In this document: piece by piece, positions 30,703-41,299 of the stretch
Layout: every line of letters begins with the position of its first letter
Position numbering within the stretch: position 1 is the first letter of the stretch
Assembly: GCA_030605835.1 (NCBI GenBank)
Contig: JAUWHO010000023.1
Coordinates: 201,834 to 265,833 of the forward strand
Length of the DNA: 64,000 nt
Origin: Candidatus Zixiibacteriota bacterium
Lineage (GTDB): Bacteria > Zixibacteria > MSB-5A5 > DG-27
Direction of reading: 5' to 3'
Translations under genes and position numbers: made by a program
The notes under the pieces: model-generated
What the model saw: only the letters and a program-made list of their open reading frames with translations
Told to the model about the DNA's origin: nothing
The model's database searches: none

Positions 30703-31245
30703 ATGGAGCTAGAGCCGAAAAAAGGAATGGTCATCGTTTACACCGGCGATGGTAAGGGAAAGACCACCGCCGCTTTAGGGATGTGCGTCCGGGCGGTCGG
30801 ACACAATTTGAAGATCTGCATCATCCAGTTTGTGAAGGGGACCTGGAAGTACGGAGAGATAGAGGGACTCAAAAAGCTTGGCCCCAACGTGGAGCTTCAC
30901 GTCATGGGTAAGGGGTGCGTCGGGATCCTGGGAGACAAGCTCCCGTTAGAAGAACATCGAAAGGAGGCTCTGTCGGCACTGGAATTGGCCACCGAGAAAA
31001 TCAATTCCGAAAAGTACAACATCGTCATCTTAGATGAAATCAATGTCGCCGTCAAATTGGAGTTGATACCGATTGAAAGGGTGCTTGAGCTGATCGAATC
31101 CCGACCGGAGCAGGTCACCTTAGTTCTGACCGGGAGAGCCGCCGATCCTCAGATCGTGAAGATTGCGGATTTGGTCACCGAGATGCTGGACATAAAACAT
31201 CCTTACCAGCTGGGGGTCCTCGCGATGAAAGGAATAGATTACTAG
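30703..31245 (+). CDS. cobO: Cob(I)alamin adenosyltransferase
   Basis: YTGDGKGKTTAALG, ILDEIN, LTGR, KHPY..G..A.KGIDY. Confidence 0.92.
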   Translation: MELEPKKGMVIVYTGDGKGKTTAALGMCVRAVGHNLKICIIQFVKGTWKYGEIEGLKKLGPNVELHVMGKGCVGILGDKLPLEEHRKEALSALELATEKINSEKYNIVILDEINVAVKLELIPIERVLELIESRPEQVTLVLTGRAADPQIVKIADLVTEMLDIKHPYQLGVLAMKGIDY

Positions 31246-31300
31246 GTTGGTTAGTAGTTAGTGGTGAGTGGTGAGTGGTTAGTTTTTAGTCAGTGAATCG
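31245..31300. repeat. Heptamer array (TGGTGAG/TGGTTAG type)
   Basis: tggttag tagttag tggtgag tggtgag tggttag. Confidence 0.75.
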
Positions 31301-31356
31301 CTACCGATCAACCTTGATTTAATCGGGAAACAGAATAATAAGTGGAAAGATTGGAG

Positions 31357-32277
31357 ATGAAGGAATACGACATAATAATCGTCGGTGGGGGTCCCGGAGG
31401 TTTGACCGCCGGAATGTACGGGGCCCGCTCCATGCTCAAGACCCTCATTATCGAGCGATATCTTCCCGGGGGACAGGTTGCCAATACCGAGCTCATCGAG
31501 GATTACCCCGGCTTTGAGTCCATCTCCGGGGCGGAGTTGGCCACCAGAATGTCCGAGCACGCCAAAAAGTTCGGCGCCGAAATAATCTCCGAAAACGTCA
31601 GCGAAATCTACTGCGAGGGAAATGACCGCATGGTGGTCACCGACGAGGAGAAATATAAAGCCCCGGTGGTCATAATCGCTACCGGCGGACAGCCCCGGAA
31701 GCTGGGAGTTCCTGGAGAAGAGGAATTTGCCGGCAGGGGCGTCTCATACTGTGCCATCTGCGATGGTGCCTTCTTCAAAGACCAAAAGATCGCCGTGGTT
31801 GGAGGTAGTGATGCCGCCGTGGAGGAGGCAAACTTTTTGACCAAGTACGGAAGCAAGGTCTACATCATCCATCGCCGCCATGAGCTTCGAGCCCAGAAAA
31901 TCATTCAGGACAGAGCCTTCAAGAACGAAAAAATCGAGCTTGTCTGGGACAGCGTCGTCGAGAAGATAAACGGCAAACAAAAGGTGGAATCCCTCACCCT
32001 GAAGAACAAGAAGACCGGAGAGACGAGCCAACTCGAAGTCGGTGCGGTGTTCGTCTTCGTCGGCTTCGTCCCCAACAGCCAGCTGGTGCGGGAGGGTCTG
32101 AAGTTAAACCCCGGCGGCTACATCCTCACCAACAACAGAATGGAAACCAATATCCCCGGTATCTATGCCGTCGGAGACGTCAGAGCCCAGCTCTGTCGCC
32201 AAGTGACCAACGCCGTCGGAGATGGCACCACCGCTGCGGTCGCCGCCGATAAGTATATCGAAAGCCTCCGGGGATAG
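31357..32277 (+). CDS. trxB: Thioredoxin reductase
   Basis: GGGPGG, GVSYCAICDG, HRR, GDVR; ATG 31357. Confidence 0.93.
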   Translation: MKEYDIIIVGGGPGGLTAGMYGARSMLKTLIIERYLPGGQVANTELIEDYPGFESISGAELATRMSEHAKKFGAEIISENVSEIYCEGNDRMVVTDEEKYKAPVVIIATGGQPRKLGVPGEEEFAGRGVSYCAICDGAFFKDQKIAVVGGSDAAVEEANFLTKYGSKVYIIHRRHELRAQKIIQDRAFKNEKIELVWDSVVEKINGKQKVESLTLKNKKTGETSQLEVGAVFVFVGFVPNSQLVREGLKLNPGGYILTNNRMETNIPGIYAVGDVRAQLCRQVTNAVGDGTTAAVAADKYIESLRG

Positions 32278-32622
32278 CCGGCTGTCAGTGAATGCTAAAT
32301 TGTGAGCGGTCCCCGCTGGGACCGATAACCTCTCGCTGGACTCCACCGGCTCCGCCTGTCCCTGTTCGCCATGACGTCTTACAGCCCCACAATTGTGGTT
32401 TCTGGCCCAACTCCAACCGGGACTCTCCCGCACCGGCAGATACAGCTTTTCTCCCATAAGACATTGCTGCTGAGAACCTGAACAGTCTCTTGCGGGACTT
32501 CTCACCATTTCCCTGATTGATAATTGCGCCCCCGTTTACCTTCCCATCTACCCTGACGATATAGCATCTAGCAAGCGGCGCTTTGAAACCAGAAGTAAAG
32601 GTGCGGCAAACGGGGAGAGCCC

Positions 32623-34119
32623 ATGGAGGCAGGTGTTAAGTCCGCTTCCCCTCTGGCCGGGGAGGAGACAACCCCTCGCGGGGGAAAACCGACCATCCTG
32701 GTAATTGACGACGAGGAGAGCGTCTGTGAAATCGTCACCGAGATGCTCGACGACGGCGAATACGATATCATCGCCACCGCCGATCCTCACCAGGGTCTAA
32801 AGCTCATAGAATCCCGCCCCCTGGAGGTCATCATCACCGATTTGATGATGGGGGAGATAAGCGGGGTGGATATACTCAACGCTGCGAATCGCTCTCAGCC
32901 GGACGTAGTTCTCATTCTGATGACCGGCCAACCCACCATCGAGAATGCAGTATCTGTAGTCAAATCCGGAGCCTTCGAGTATCTGGTCAAGCCCTTTACC
33001 GCCGAACAGCTCAAGACCACCGTTGAAGGGGGCCTCTCCAAACAGAAATTGGAGAGGGAGAACATAAAGCTCCGCGAGATCGTCTCGCTGCACGAGATCT
33101 GCGAGAAGATGGGCTCCACGGTTCAGCTAGAGCCCCTTCTGGACTTCATCATCGAGACCGCCCTCAAAGAGTTCGAGGCAGATATGGGAGCGATCCTGCT
33201 CTACGACAGCAAAAACGGGCAGTTGGAATTAAAAGCCACCAAGGGACTGAGCCCCGAGTTCGCGAACGAGAATCGCTGGTTCAGCAAAGATAACGCTTCC
33301 CTGTGGATAGAGAGTTCCTCCAAACCCTATCTTTATGATGTCAATTTCTCCGCAGGATCGCAAACGTTTTTCGGCACTGCCCGAGGGCTTGTTAAATCTG
33401 CGATTTCACAGCCGCTGTTGGCCCGCGGGGACTTCTTCGGGGTTTTGTTTCTGATGCGCACCCACAGCTTCAAGCCCTTCACCTTGGGGCAGCTGGCCTC
33501 TCTGGCAATTCTGGGCTCCAAAGCCGCCACCGCCATTCAAAGCTACAAGCTTTATGATGACTTGCAGGAGACCTACCTTGCCACCATAATAGCGCTGGCC
33601 AACTCCATCGAGGCTCGAGACAAGTACACCCGGGGTCACACTGAGAGGGTTTGGAGTTTCGCAACCGCCATTGCAAGCGAGCTGGGTTGGCCACCAGAGA
33701 AGAAAGTGGAACTTCGCATGGGAGCGATTCTTCACGACATCGGCAAAATAGCGGTTCCAGACAGAATCCTCAACAAGCAGGGTCTCTTGACCACCGAAGA
33801 GTTCGAGGTCATGAAGAGACATCCGGTTCAGGGCGCGAGGATTGTCGAGGGAATCCCGTTTCTGGAACCGGCACTCCCCTATATTCTATATCATCACGAA
33901 AGATACGACGGCAAAGGCTACCCTTACGGCCTGAAAGGGGAGGAGGTACCCATCCAGGGAAGGTTATTAGCGGTGGCGGACACTCTGGATGCGGTCAGCT
34001 CTGATAGACCTTATCGTAAGGGGAAGAAATTCTCGGAGGCGGTGGAAGAGGTGGTCCGCTGCGCTCAAACCCAATTCGATCCCAGCATCGCCGAAGCCTG
34101 CAAAAGCGCATTTAGTTAA
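32623..34119 (+). CDS. REC-GAF-HD-GYP cyclic-di-nucleotide phosphodiesterase
   Basis: IDDE, TDL, KP; HDIGK, HHERYDGKGYP, DRPYR. Confidence 0.9.
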   Translation: MEAGVKSASPLAGEETTPRGGKPTILVIDDEESVCEIVTEMLDDGEYDIIATADPHQGLKLIESRPLEVIITDLMMGEISGVDILNAANRSQPDVVLILMTGQPTIENAVSVVKSGAFEYLVKPFTAEQLKTTVEGGLSKQKLERENIKLREIVSLHEICEKMGSTVQLEPLLDFIIETALKEFEADMGAILLYDSKNGQLELKATKGLSPEFANENRWFSKDNASLWIESSSKPYLYDVNFSAGSQTFFGTARGLVKSAISQPLLARGDFFGVLFLMRTHSFKPFTLGQLASLAILGSKAATAIQSYKLYDDLQETYLATIIALANSIEARDKYTRGHTERVWSFATAIASELGWPPEKKVELRMGAILHDIGKIAVPDRILNKQGLLTTEEFEVMKRHPVQGARIVEGIPFLEPALPYILYHHERYDGKGYPYGLKGEEVPIQGRLLAVADTLDAVSSDRPYRKGKKFSEAVEEVVRCAQTQFDPSIAEACKSAFS

Positions 34120-34267
34120 GTCGACCACAAGCTCGTAAATCACCTTCCGCTAACTCAACTGCCTCGAGTTGAAACCGCCTTCTGTCTGGTCAACTTTTGA
34201 GCACCCCTTCCTAGAGAGGACAGCAAAAACCTCTTTTCAATTCCGGTTTTTCCCCTATATTCAAAAT

Positions 34268-34802
34268 ATGAGAGTTCTCACGATTTTCGTTACCAGAGCG
34301 AGTCCTTTTGTGTTTGCCTTTCTCTTTCCCATTCTGGAGAGCCCTTCGCAGGAAGCCTATGCACTGGATGAACGTTATCGGGCCTACCAGGAAGTAATAC
34401 TTAAACTCGATTCTCTCCATAACGCTTTTTCGGAGATTACTCGCCTCGATTCTATCCGACACCCCACCCAAGACAGCTTGGCCATCTGGTGCCTGAAGAT
34501 CTCAGACAATCGTTTTCTGGAGGAGGAACCTGCGATCCTGCTTCTGGGAAACCAGCACCGCGAAGAGCTCTTGGGGGGGGGAGGTCCTGATGGGGATGTT
34601 GCATGTGCCGACAAGGGCCGCTGCCAAGCTGGAGATATTTGACCTCTCTGGGAGGAGAGCTGCCAGCTTTCTGGAGCCGGTTGAGGAGATGGAATCTCAC
34701 TCCATCATCTGGGAGACCTTTGGAGTCTCCTCCGGCATCTATTTCCATAAGTTGACCACCGAGGCTCATTCTCTGACCCGGAAGATGATGCTTCTAAGGT
34801 AG
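34268..34802 (+). pseudogene. Frameshifted, internally deleted M14 carboxypeptidase gene with sorting domain
   Basis: WCLKISDN..EEEPAILLLGNQHREE, then G9 tract at 34573-34581, then in another frame EVLMGML...SSGIYFHKL...TRKMMLLR. Confidence 0.7.
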
Positions 34803-34887
34803 CCAAAATGATAAGCCTTGAGAATCGTGGCAAAGAGAACTGCCTTTGTGAATGTGACTGTTAACCACTGACATCTTCGATAGTAGA

Positions 34888-37383
34888 ATGTCGAAATTGA
34901 GAATACCAACATACCTTGTGGTCTTCTTGCTCTTCTGGGGGCAACCCTGTTTGGCACAAAATGTCGATTATGTCTCCAGCGCCTTGTGGACTAAAGCATA
35001 CGGTGTCGCCGTAGCGGGCGATTATGCCTATTGTTCCTTTGTCAACGGGCTCTTGGTCTTGGAGGTGTCAGACCCTACCAATCCAGCTTTTTTAAGCCAG
35101 TGCTATTTGGGAACCGGAGAGCGAGGCATTTTTGCTCAAGGGAATTACGTCTATCTTGCCGGTGGGGAGGTTGGTCTACACATAGTAGATGTCTCCAACC
35201 CGGCGCAACCCAATTTGGTCAGTAGTCTGGACACCCCCGGGTATGCACACGATGTTTACGTCTATGGCAGTTATGCTTACGTGGCTGACGACACCTCAGG
35301 ACTCTTGATAATTGATATCGACGATCCCATTCACCCATTTATCGTGGGCGAATATAATTCCTCCGGTAAAACCTGTGGTCTTTTCGTAAGCGACAGATAT
35401 GCGTATCTGGCCGACGGCCATGAAGGTTTGGTGATCCTCGATATTTACGACCCTGAGCATCCATCCTGGGTTGGCGCTTACAATACCCCCGGGAGTGCCA
35501 ATGCCGTTTTCGTTAGTGAAGGTTATGCCTTCATCGCCGATGGCAGCTCCGGTCTGCAGATAATAGATGTGTCCGAGACCACCCAACCCAGCTTCGCTGG
35601 CGGCTGTGATACTCCCGGCAACGCCGGTGACCTCTTTGTATGCGGACAGCATGCTTACATCGCCGATGGATACAGTGGCGTGCAGGTTGTAGAGGTTACA
35701 AATCCAACGAATCCCGAATTGATTAGCAATTATGAGACTCCGGATTTCACCTCTTCGGTGTATGCAAGTGAAGAGTACGTATACCTCGCTGACGGACGGG
35801 GAGGTGTTCCCGTGGTCGATGTCACCGATCCCCTCTTTCCAGTCCTGGCGGGAAGCTACCAGCCCCCGAGTAGCACCATCGGGGTTTACGTGAGCGGAGA
35901 TCACGCTTACATCTCCGCTCACAGTTCCGGTCTATTTGTGGTTGACATCTCAGACCTACTTCATCCGGAAATAGTCGGCAATTACGACACCCCAGGTAAC
36001 GCTTACGCGGCCTGGATCGAGGATGTTTTTGCATATCTCTGCGACTATCAATCGGGGTTGCAGGTAATTGACGTATCCAATCCCGAAGAGCCCATCTATG
36101 CCGGAGGATGCGATACCCCCGGTTCTGCCCGGGGAATTCATGTCAAAGCTGACTACGCCTATATTGCCGATGGATACGGTGGTCTGCAGATAGCGGACAT
36201 CTCCAATCCTTATGAACCGTATATCGTCGGCAGTTGTATCACCCCCTATTTTGCCCGCAAGGTGTATGTCGACAGCATCTATGCCTACGTCGCCGACGGC
36301 ACCTCCGGCCTACAGGTAATCGATATCCACGAGCCCCGGGATCCGGTCATCGTCAGTGATTTCAATACCGGTGGGTACAGTTACGGGATCTACGTCCGGG
36401 AGGGATACGCCTACCTGGCCGATGGGGTTAGTGGTTTGCTGATACTCGACGTCTCCGACCCTCTTGACCCTCATCTGCTTGGCCAATACAACACTCCCGA
36501 TTATGCTCGGGGAGTGAAACTATGGGGCGATTATGCTTACGTCTCCGACGGAGCCTCGGGGCTGCAAGTGATTGACATTTCCGATCCGGAGCATCCCGCC
36601 TTTGCCGGCAGTCACGAGACCCCCGGCTCTGCCGAGAGTATCTTCGTTAAGGGAGGAAATGCCTTTGTAGCCGACTCCTGGTCTTTGATGATCCTGCACT
36701 TCCCCATCTCCCCAGTAGCTTCCATTTCTATCTCTCCCGACAGCCCACCGATTGAGATCCCTCCCCAGGGAGGTCGTTTCACATTCTCCGGAAGCTTGAC
36801 AAATAACACTGCTCAGAGTCAAAGGTTCACAACCTGGGTCATGGTGGAGGTCCCGGGTCTCGGTTGGCACGGTCCCCTGAAGACCTCAACGCCGCTTTTA
36901 TCACCCTACCAATCTGTGGAGCGTGATTCCCTCAGGCAATATGTACCGGGATGCGCGCCCGCGGGGACTTATACCTATGTTGCCTATGTGGGAGAATATC
37001 CCTCGGTGAAGATCGATAGCTCCCATGTCCAGTTTGCGAAGAGTGGGAGCATTCCCGAGTGTGGCTCTGGCCGGCTTTTCACTGAGGCCCCCGATGAACG
37101 GGAGAGGTTGCCTCTGCCGAGTGGATTTTCACTGTCGCAGAACTTCCCGAATCCTTTCAACGCTAATACCACCATCAACTATCGGTTACCGCTCGCCACC
37201 GAGGTGAGATTGGAGATAATAAACCTCCTCGGTCAGAGGCTGGCTATCCTGGTCGATGGTAGACGGGAGGCAGGAAACTGGTCGGTTATCTGGGAGACTT
37301 CGGGGATCGCTTCTGGGGTCTATTATTGTAAGATAACCGGCGGCGACTTCAGCCAGACTAGGAAGATGATATTGATCAGATAG
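34888..37383 (+). CDS. Secreted LVIVD-repeat beta-propeller protein with C-terminal sorting domain
   Basis: 14 repeats of ~42 aa (AYVADGxSGLQVIDISDP); QNFPNPFN...TRKMILIR. Confidence 0.88.
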   Translation: MSKLRIPTYLVVFLLFWGQPCLAQNVDYVSSALWTKAYGVAVAGDYAYCSFVNGLLVLEVSDPTNPAFLSQCYLGTGERGIFAQGNYVYLAGGEVGLHIVDVSNPAQPNLVSSLDTPGYAHDVYVYGSYAYVADDTSGLLIIDIDDPIHPFIVGEYNSSGKTCGLFVSDRYAYLADGHEGLVILDIYDPEHPSWVGAYNTPGSANAVFVSEGYAFIADGSSGLQIIDVSETTQPSFAGGCDTPGNAGDLFVCGQHAYIADGYSGVQVVEVTNPTNPELISNYETPDFTSSVYASEEYVYLADGRGGVPVVDVTDPLFPVLAGSYQPPSSTIGVYVSGDHAYISAHSSGLFVVDISDLLHPEIVGNYDTPGNAYAAWIEDVFAYLCDYQSGLQVIDVSNPEEPIYAGGCDTPGSARGIHVKADYAYIADGYGGLQIADISNPYEPYIVGSCITPYFARKVYVDSIYAYVADGTSGLQVIDIHEPRDPVIVSDFNTGGYSYGIYVREGYAYLADGVSGLLILDVSDPLDPHLLGQYNTPDYARGVKLWGDYAYVSDGASGLQVIDISDPEHPAFAGSHETPGSAESIFVKGGNAFVADSWSLMILHFPISPVASISISPDSPPIEIPPQGGRFTFSGSLTNNTAQSQRFTTWVMVEVPGLGWHGPLKTSTPLLSPYQSVERDSLRQYVPGCAPAGTYTYVAYVGEYPSVKIDSSHVQFAKSGSIPECGSGRLFTEAPDERERLPLPSGFSLSQNFPNPFNANTTINYRLPLATEVRLEIINLLGQRLAILVDGRREAGNWSVIWETSGIASGVYYCKITGGDFSQTRKMILIR

Positions 37384-37524
37384 GTCGTGAAGCATTCGAA
37401 AGACAGATAGGCAACCCTTCCTGTTATTGGAGTAATGAGAAAGCCGGACAGGTCATTTAATGCGGAGCAGTGATAGCAGATGGGGACAGAAAGGATTTCT
37501 GCTCGACCACCTCCGCAAAGTAAT

Positions 37525-37601
37525 CTATTTGCTATTCACTATTCACCATTTACCATTCACCATTTACCATTCACCATTTGCCATTCACCATTTGCCATTC
37601 A
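37525..37601. repeat. Heptamer array, 11 units (CCATTCA/CCATTTR)
   Basis: ctatttg ctattca ctattca ccattta ccattca ccattta ccattca ccatttg ccattca ccatttg ccattca. Confidence 0.9.
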
Positions 37602-37816
37602 CTACAGATCCGCTCCCGCCCGCGGATGCTGCCGATCGAATCAGGAAATAGCTTGACTTTTCTTGTCGGGCCGCTATAACTTTAGAAGCTGTTTCGGGCA
37701 GTTGACAAACCTGGATCTTTTTGAGTTTTTTGTCTGTTTGTGACTCGTGATTGTGGTTTCCGAGCAGGCAACAGAGTCAGGGTGAGAAGGATTGTGACAC
37801 CATCTCGAGGTTCACG

Positions 37817-39625
37817 GTGACAAAGGGCTTTTACAAAGAGCGTCTGGCAGAGCTGACCATACCGGAGATGTTCGACTACAGCGCCCAGCAGTATGGCAGC
37901 TCTGTGGCGATGCGTTATTTCACCCAGGGGCGTTTCCCGGACATCACCTATGCGGAGTTGAAGCAGAAGATCGACCACTTCGCTCGGGGTCTGGGAAAAC
38001 TCGGTTTCGCCCCCGGGGATAAAGCCGCCCTCCTCTCGGAAAACCGTCCCGCGTGGGGGACTGCCTATCTGGCGGTTCTGAAATCGGGAGGCGTCTCGGT
38101 TCCCCTAGATCCCCAGTTGAAGGGCCCGGAGCTCAGTCACATCATCAGGGAATCGGGAGCGAGATTTGCGATTGTCTCCGCCAAGTTCGCCTTCGACTTA
38201 GAGGAGCTTGTCGCCGACATCGCCGGGTTTGATACCCTCATCTACATGGACGGGCTTGCGGCAACCTCTGCCCCGGAGCTGGAGGAGGGAACCGAACCGC
38301 GTTTCCAGCGGGTCTCCTATCACGAGGTGACTTCCAGCGGCGCCCAGGAGGATTTCGATCTCCCCAAGGTGGATCCGGAGGAGCTGGCAACTCTGATTTA
38401 TACCTCCGGCACCACCGGGCAGTCCAAGGGGGTGATGTTGACTCATAAAAACATTATGTCCGACATTGCCGCTCTGCAGCAAACCATCGAATTCCAGCCA
38501 ACCGACAACTTTCTTTCGGTTTTGCCCCTCCACCACACCTTCGAGTGCACCTGCGGTTTTTTGACCCCGCTCTCAGCCGGTGCCATGATCACCTATGCTC
38601 GCAGTCTGAAGTCCAGAGAGCTGCTGGAGGATATAAAACGGAACAACGTCACCATGTTGTTGGGAGTGCCGCTTCTGTTCGAGAAGATGCTCACCGGGCT
38701 TCTGAAGGCCGTGGAGAAAAAGCCCGCTTCGGCGCGAGCTTTATTCAAAACCGGTTTGGTGGGAGTCCGGATGGTGAAGAAGCTCACCGGCTACGATGCC
38801 GGCGCTCAGATCTTCAAGGGGCTTCGGGAGAAGGCGGGGTTGTCCTCCCTGCGCTTCTTGATCTCCGGTGGAGCTCCACTCCCCCCGGAGGTGGCGGAGG
38901 GTTTCACCACCCTGGGGATAGGTTTTTTGCAGGGATACGGTCTCACCGAAACCTCGCCGGTTTTAACCTTGAACCCGGAGGACAAACCGAAAGCCGCCTC
39001 CATCGGGAAAGCCCTTCCGGGGGTAGAGATAAAGATCATGAATCCCGATGAGAAGGGAATTGGAGAGCTGGTGGTGAGGGGAGCGATGGTGATGAAAGGC
39101 TATTACAACAACCCGAAGGCCACCGCGGAGGTGTTGAGAGATGGTTACTTTCACACCGGCGATTCCGGCTGCGTGGACGAGGAGGGTTACTACTATGTCG
39201 CTGGACGTATCAAAGATGTCATCGTCACCGCCGCCGGCAAAAACGTTTACCCCGAAGAGGTCGAATTCGCGTTGGCGAAGAGTCCATATATATTGGAGAC
39301 GCTGGTGCTGGGAAGAGCGGCCGAGGAGGCCACACCCAAGAGAGTCAGGAGGGAGGAGGTATGGGCCATAGTAGTCCCGGACTATGAGTACTTCGATCAA
39401 ATAGCTCAGGAGAGAGGCATCGCTTTCGACGAGGCCAAAATCGAGGCCACCATCAAGGAGGAGGTCTCCAAAAGGTGCGCCGAGATAGCCGACTATAAGA
39501 GGGTGAAGTATTTCACCATCAGAGAGGAGGAATTCGAGAAAACCTCCACCCGAAAGATAAAGAGATATCTGTTCCGACATCCCCCGGTGGCGGTGACAGA
39601 CGTGGGAAAGACCGGGAAGCACTGA
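37817..39625 (+). CDS. Long-chain fatty-acid-CoA ligase
   Basis: YTSGTTGQSKG, GYGLTE, TGD, GKNVYPEE; GTG 37817 follows GAGGT. Confidence 0.9.
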   Translation: MTKGFYKERLAELTIPEMFDYSAQQYGSSVAMRYFTQGRFPDITYAELKQKIDHFARGLGKLGFAPGDKAALLSENRPAWGTAYLAVLKSGGVSVPLDPQLKGPELSHIIRESGARFAIVSAKFAFDLEELVADIAGFDTLIYMDGLAATSAPELEEGTEPRFQRVSYHEVTSSGAQEDFDLPKVDPEELATLIYTSGTTGQSKGVMLTHKNIMSDIAALQQTIEFQPTDNFLSVLPLHHTFECTCGFLTPLSAGAMITYARSLKSRELLEDIKRNNVTMLLGVPLLFEKMLTGLLKAVEKKPASARALFKTGLVGVRMVKKLTGYDAGAQIFKGLREKAGLSSLRFLISGGAPLPPEVAEGFTTLGIGFLQGYGLTETSPVLTLNPEDKPKAASIGKALPGVEIKIMNPDEKGIGELVVRGAMVMKGYYNNPKATAEVLRDGYFHTGDSGCVDEEGYYYVAGRIKDVIVTAAGKNVYPEEVEFALAKSPYILETLVLGRAAEEATPKRVRREEVWAIVVPDYEYFDQIAQERGIAFDEAKIEATIKEEVSKRCAEIADYKRVKYFTIREEEFEKTSTRKIKRYLFRHPPVAVTDVGKTGKH

Positions 39626-39658
39626 TCAAACCGAAACTTACCCGTCAGAGGTACAACT

Positions 39659-40738
39659 ATGCTCTATGCGGTCATATTGGCGGGGGGGCGGGGTGAGAGG
39701 TTCTGGCCTCTCTCGCGCAGTGAGTCACCCAAGCAGCTCCTGCGCTTGACCTCTGATAAGACCATGCTGGAGGAGACCTTCTCCCGCGTGGAAGGGTTCA
39801 TTCCTCTGGAGCGCACCCTGATTGTTACCGGGGAGGAGCTCAAAGAGAAAATCCTCTCAACGATGAGGTTTCTCAAAGAGGACAACCTTCTGGTAGAGCC
39901 TCGGGGAAGAAACACCTGCCTTGCCATCGGACTGGCCGCTGCCCACCTCGGCAAACAGGATCCGGGGGCGGTCATGGTGGTTCTCTCCTCCGACCATCAG
40001 ATCTCCCCACCCCAAAGGCTGGTGGAGATCCTGCAGACCGCCGCCGATCACGCTCAGGAGGAAGATTGCCTTCTCACCATAGGAGTGGTTCCCACCCGAG
40101 CCGAGACTGCCTACGGCTACATCGAACTGCAGGAGATGGTCACCGCGGGAGCGGCCATCCCGATTTATCGGGTCAAAAAGTTCAAGGAGAAGCCCTCCAA
40201 GCTTGCGGCCCAAGAATATTATTACGACCGTAAACACCTGTGGAACTCCGGCATCTTCGTCTGGTCAATTAAATCTTTGCTGTCGGCTATGAAGTCGGCC
40301 AAGCCGGATTTGGCCGGTGCTTTGAGGGAGTATCAGGAGAAAATCGGAACCGCAGGTGAGCTCCCAGCTCGGAGGGAACTTTACCAAGAGGCGGAGAATG
40401 TCTCTGTGGATCACGCCATTCTGGAGAAAGCCAAGAACGTTTTGACCATCAAAGCCGATATCCATTGGGACGACGTCGGCAGCTGGCTGGCTCTATCCCG
40501 CATCAAGAAGCTCGACCGCGAGAATAACGTTATCATCGGAGAGGCTCTCGCCCTCGACACCTACGAGACCACAATTCTCAACGACGGCCCGGGGCTGGTT
40601 GCCACTTACGGAGTCTCCGATCTGGTGGTGGTCAGAACCGACGATGTCGTGTTGGTGGCTCACAAAACCCGAATTCCAGATATAAAAGAGCTGGTCGCTC
40701 ACCTCAGTAAGGACGAGAAGCTGAGACGGTTTCTCTGA
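39659..40738 (+). CDS. manC: Mannose-1-phosphate guanylyltransferase
   Basis: LAGGRGERFWPLSR..PKQ, EPRGRNT, FKEKP, WDDVGSW. Confidence 0.9.
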   Translation: MLYAVILAGGRGERFWPLSRSESPKQLLRLTSDKTMLEETFSRVEGFIPLERTLIVTGEELKEKILSTMRFLKEDNLLVEPRGRNTCLAIGLAAAHLGKQDPGAVMVVLSSDHQISPPQRLVEILQTAADHAQEEDCLLTIGVVPTRAETAYGYIELQEMVTAGAAIPIYRVKKFKEKPSKLAAQEYYYDRKHLWNSGIFVWSIKSLLSAMKSAKPDLAGALREYQEKIGTAGELPARRELYQEAENVSVDHAILEKAKNVLTIKADIHWDDVGSWLALSRIKKLDRENNVIIGEALALDTYETTILNDGPGLVATYGVSDLVVVRTDDVVLVAHKTRIPDIKELVAHLSKDEKLRRFL

Positions 40739-40750
40739 GAGGGTCCCTTC

Positions 40751-41269
40751 ATGGGAGAAATCTTCAGACGCTATTCGAGCTGGGTTGTGATTCTGTCGCT
40801 GGTGATCCCCCTGCTCTACACGTGCACCGCGGTGGTACCCAGAAGGGTTGGAGGCGAACCTCCAGACCGCCGCACCGCCGGAGAGAAAGACTTCGATCCT
40901 TTCGGTTTTGAAGCTGACACTTTGATAGTCAGCAGAGGGGAGTTCAGCCGGGAAGGTCTAAGAGCGGTCGGAGAGGCCGAGCCGGGACCCAGAAAAAGAA
41001 CCGGCTCGGAGGTGACTTCTCCACGAACCGTCTACCGGGTGCAGATCTTCATGACCAAATATCCGGAGCTGGCCTCCGAGAAGGCCCAGGAGGCCGAAGC
41101 CATCTTCTCGGAGAGGGTATATATCGATTTCAAAGTCCCCTACTACCGGGTGCGGCTGGGAGAGTTCGACACCCTGGAGGAGGGAGAAGGATTTCTGCTT
41201 CGGGTGCGACAGTCCGGCTATCGAGATGCCTGGTTGGTTAAGACGACTATTCATGAAGGGAGTCGATAG
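40751..41269 (+). CDS. SPOR-domain lipoprotein
   Basis: Lipobox LLYTC; YRVQI...YYRVRLGEF...GYRDAW. Confidence 0.8.
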   Translation: MGEIFRRYSSWVVILSLVIPLLYTCTAVVPRRVGGEPPDRRTAGEKDFDPFGFEADTLIVSRGEFSREGLRAVGEAEPGPRKRTGSEVTSPRTVYRVQIFMTKYPELASEKAQEAEAIFSERVYIDFKVPYYRVRLGEFDTLEEGEGFLLRVRQSGYRDAWLVKTTIHEGSR

Positions 41270-41299
41270 TCGAAAAGAGCAGGTGATAAGATTTGTGAA

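Noticed and set aside
32600..32665. GGCAAAC suggesting a c-di-GMP-I riboswitch before the HD-GYP gene
   Set aside because: Lacks GNRA P2, GCAAAG and P3; overlaps the start codon
35000..36700. Periodic DNA similarity resembling a CRISPR array
   Set aside because: Coding LVIVD repeats; no identical repeats with spacers and no cas genes
37460..37651. Short repetitive ORF (HHLPFT), also 19350-19946
   Set aside because: Translations of heptamer arrays or antisense sequence
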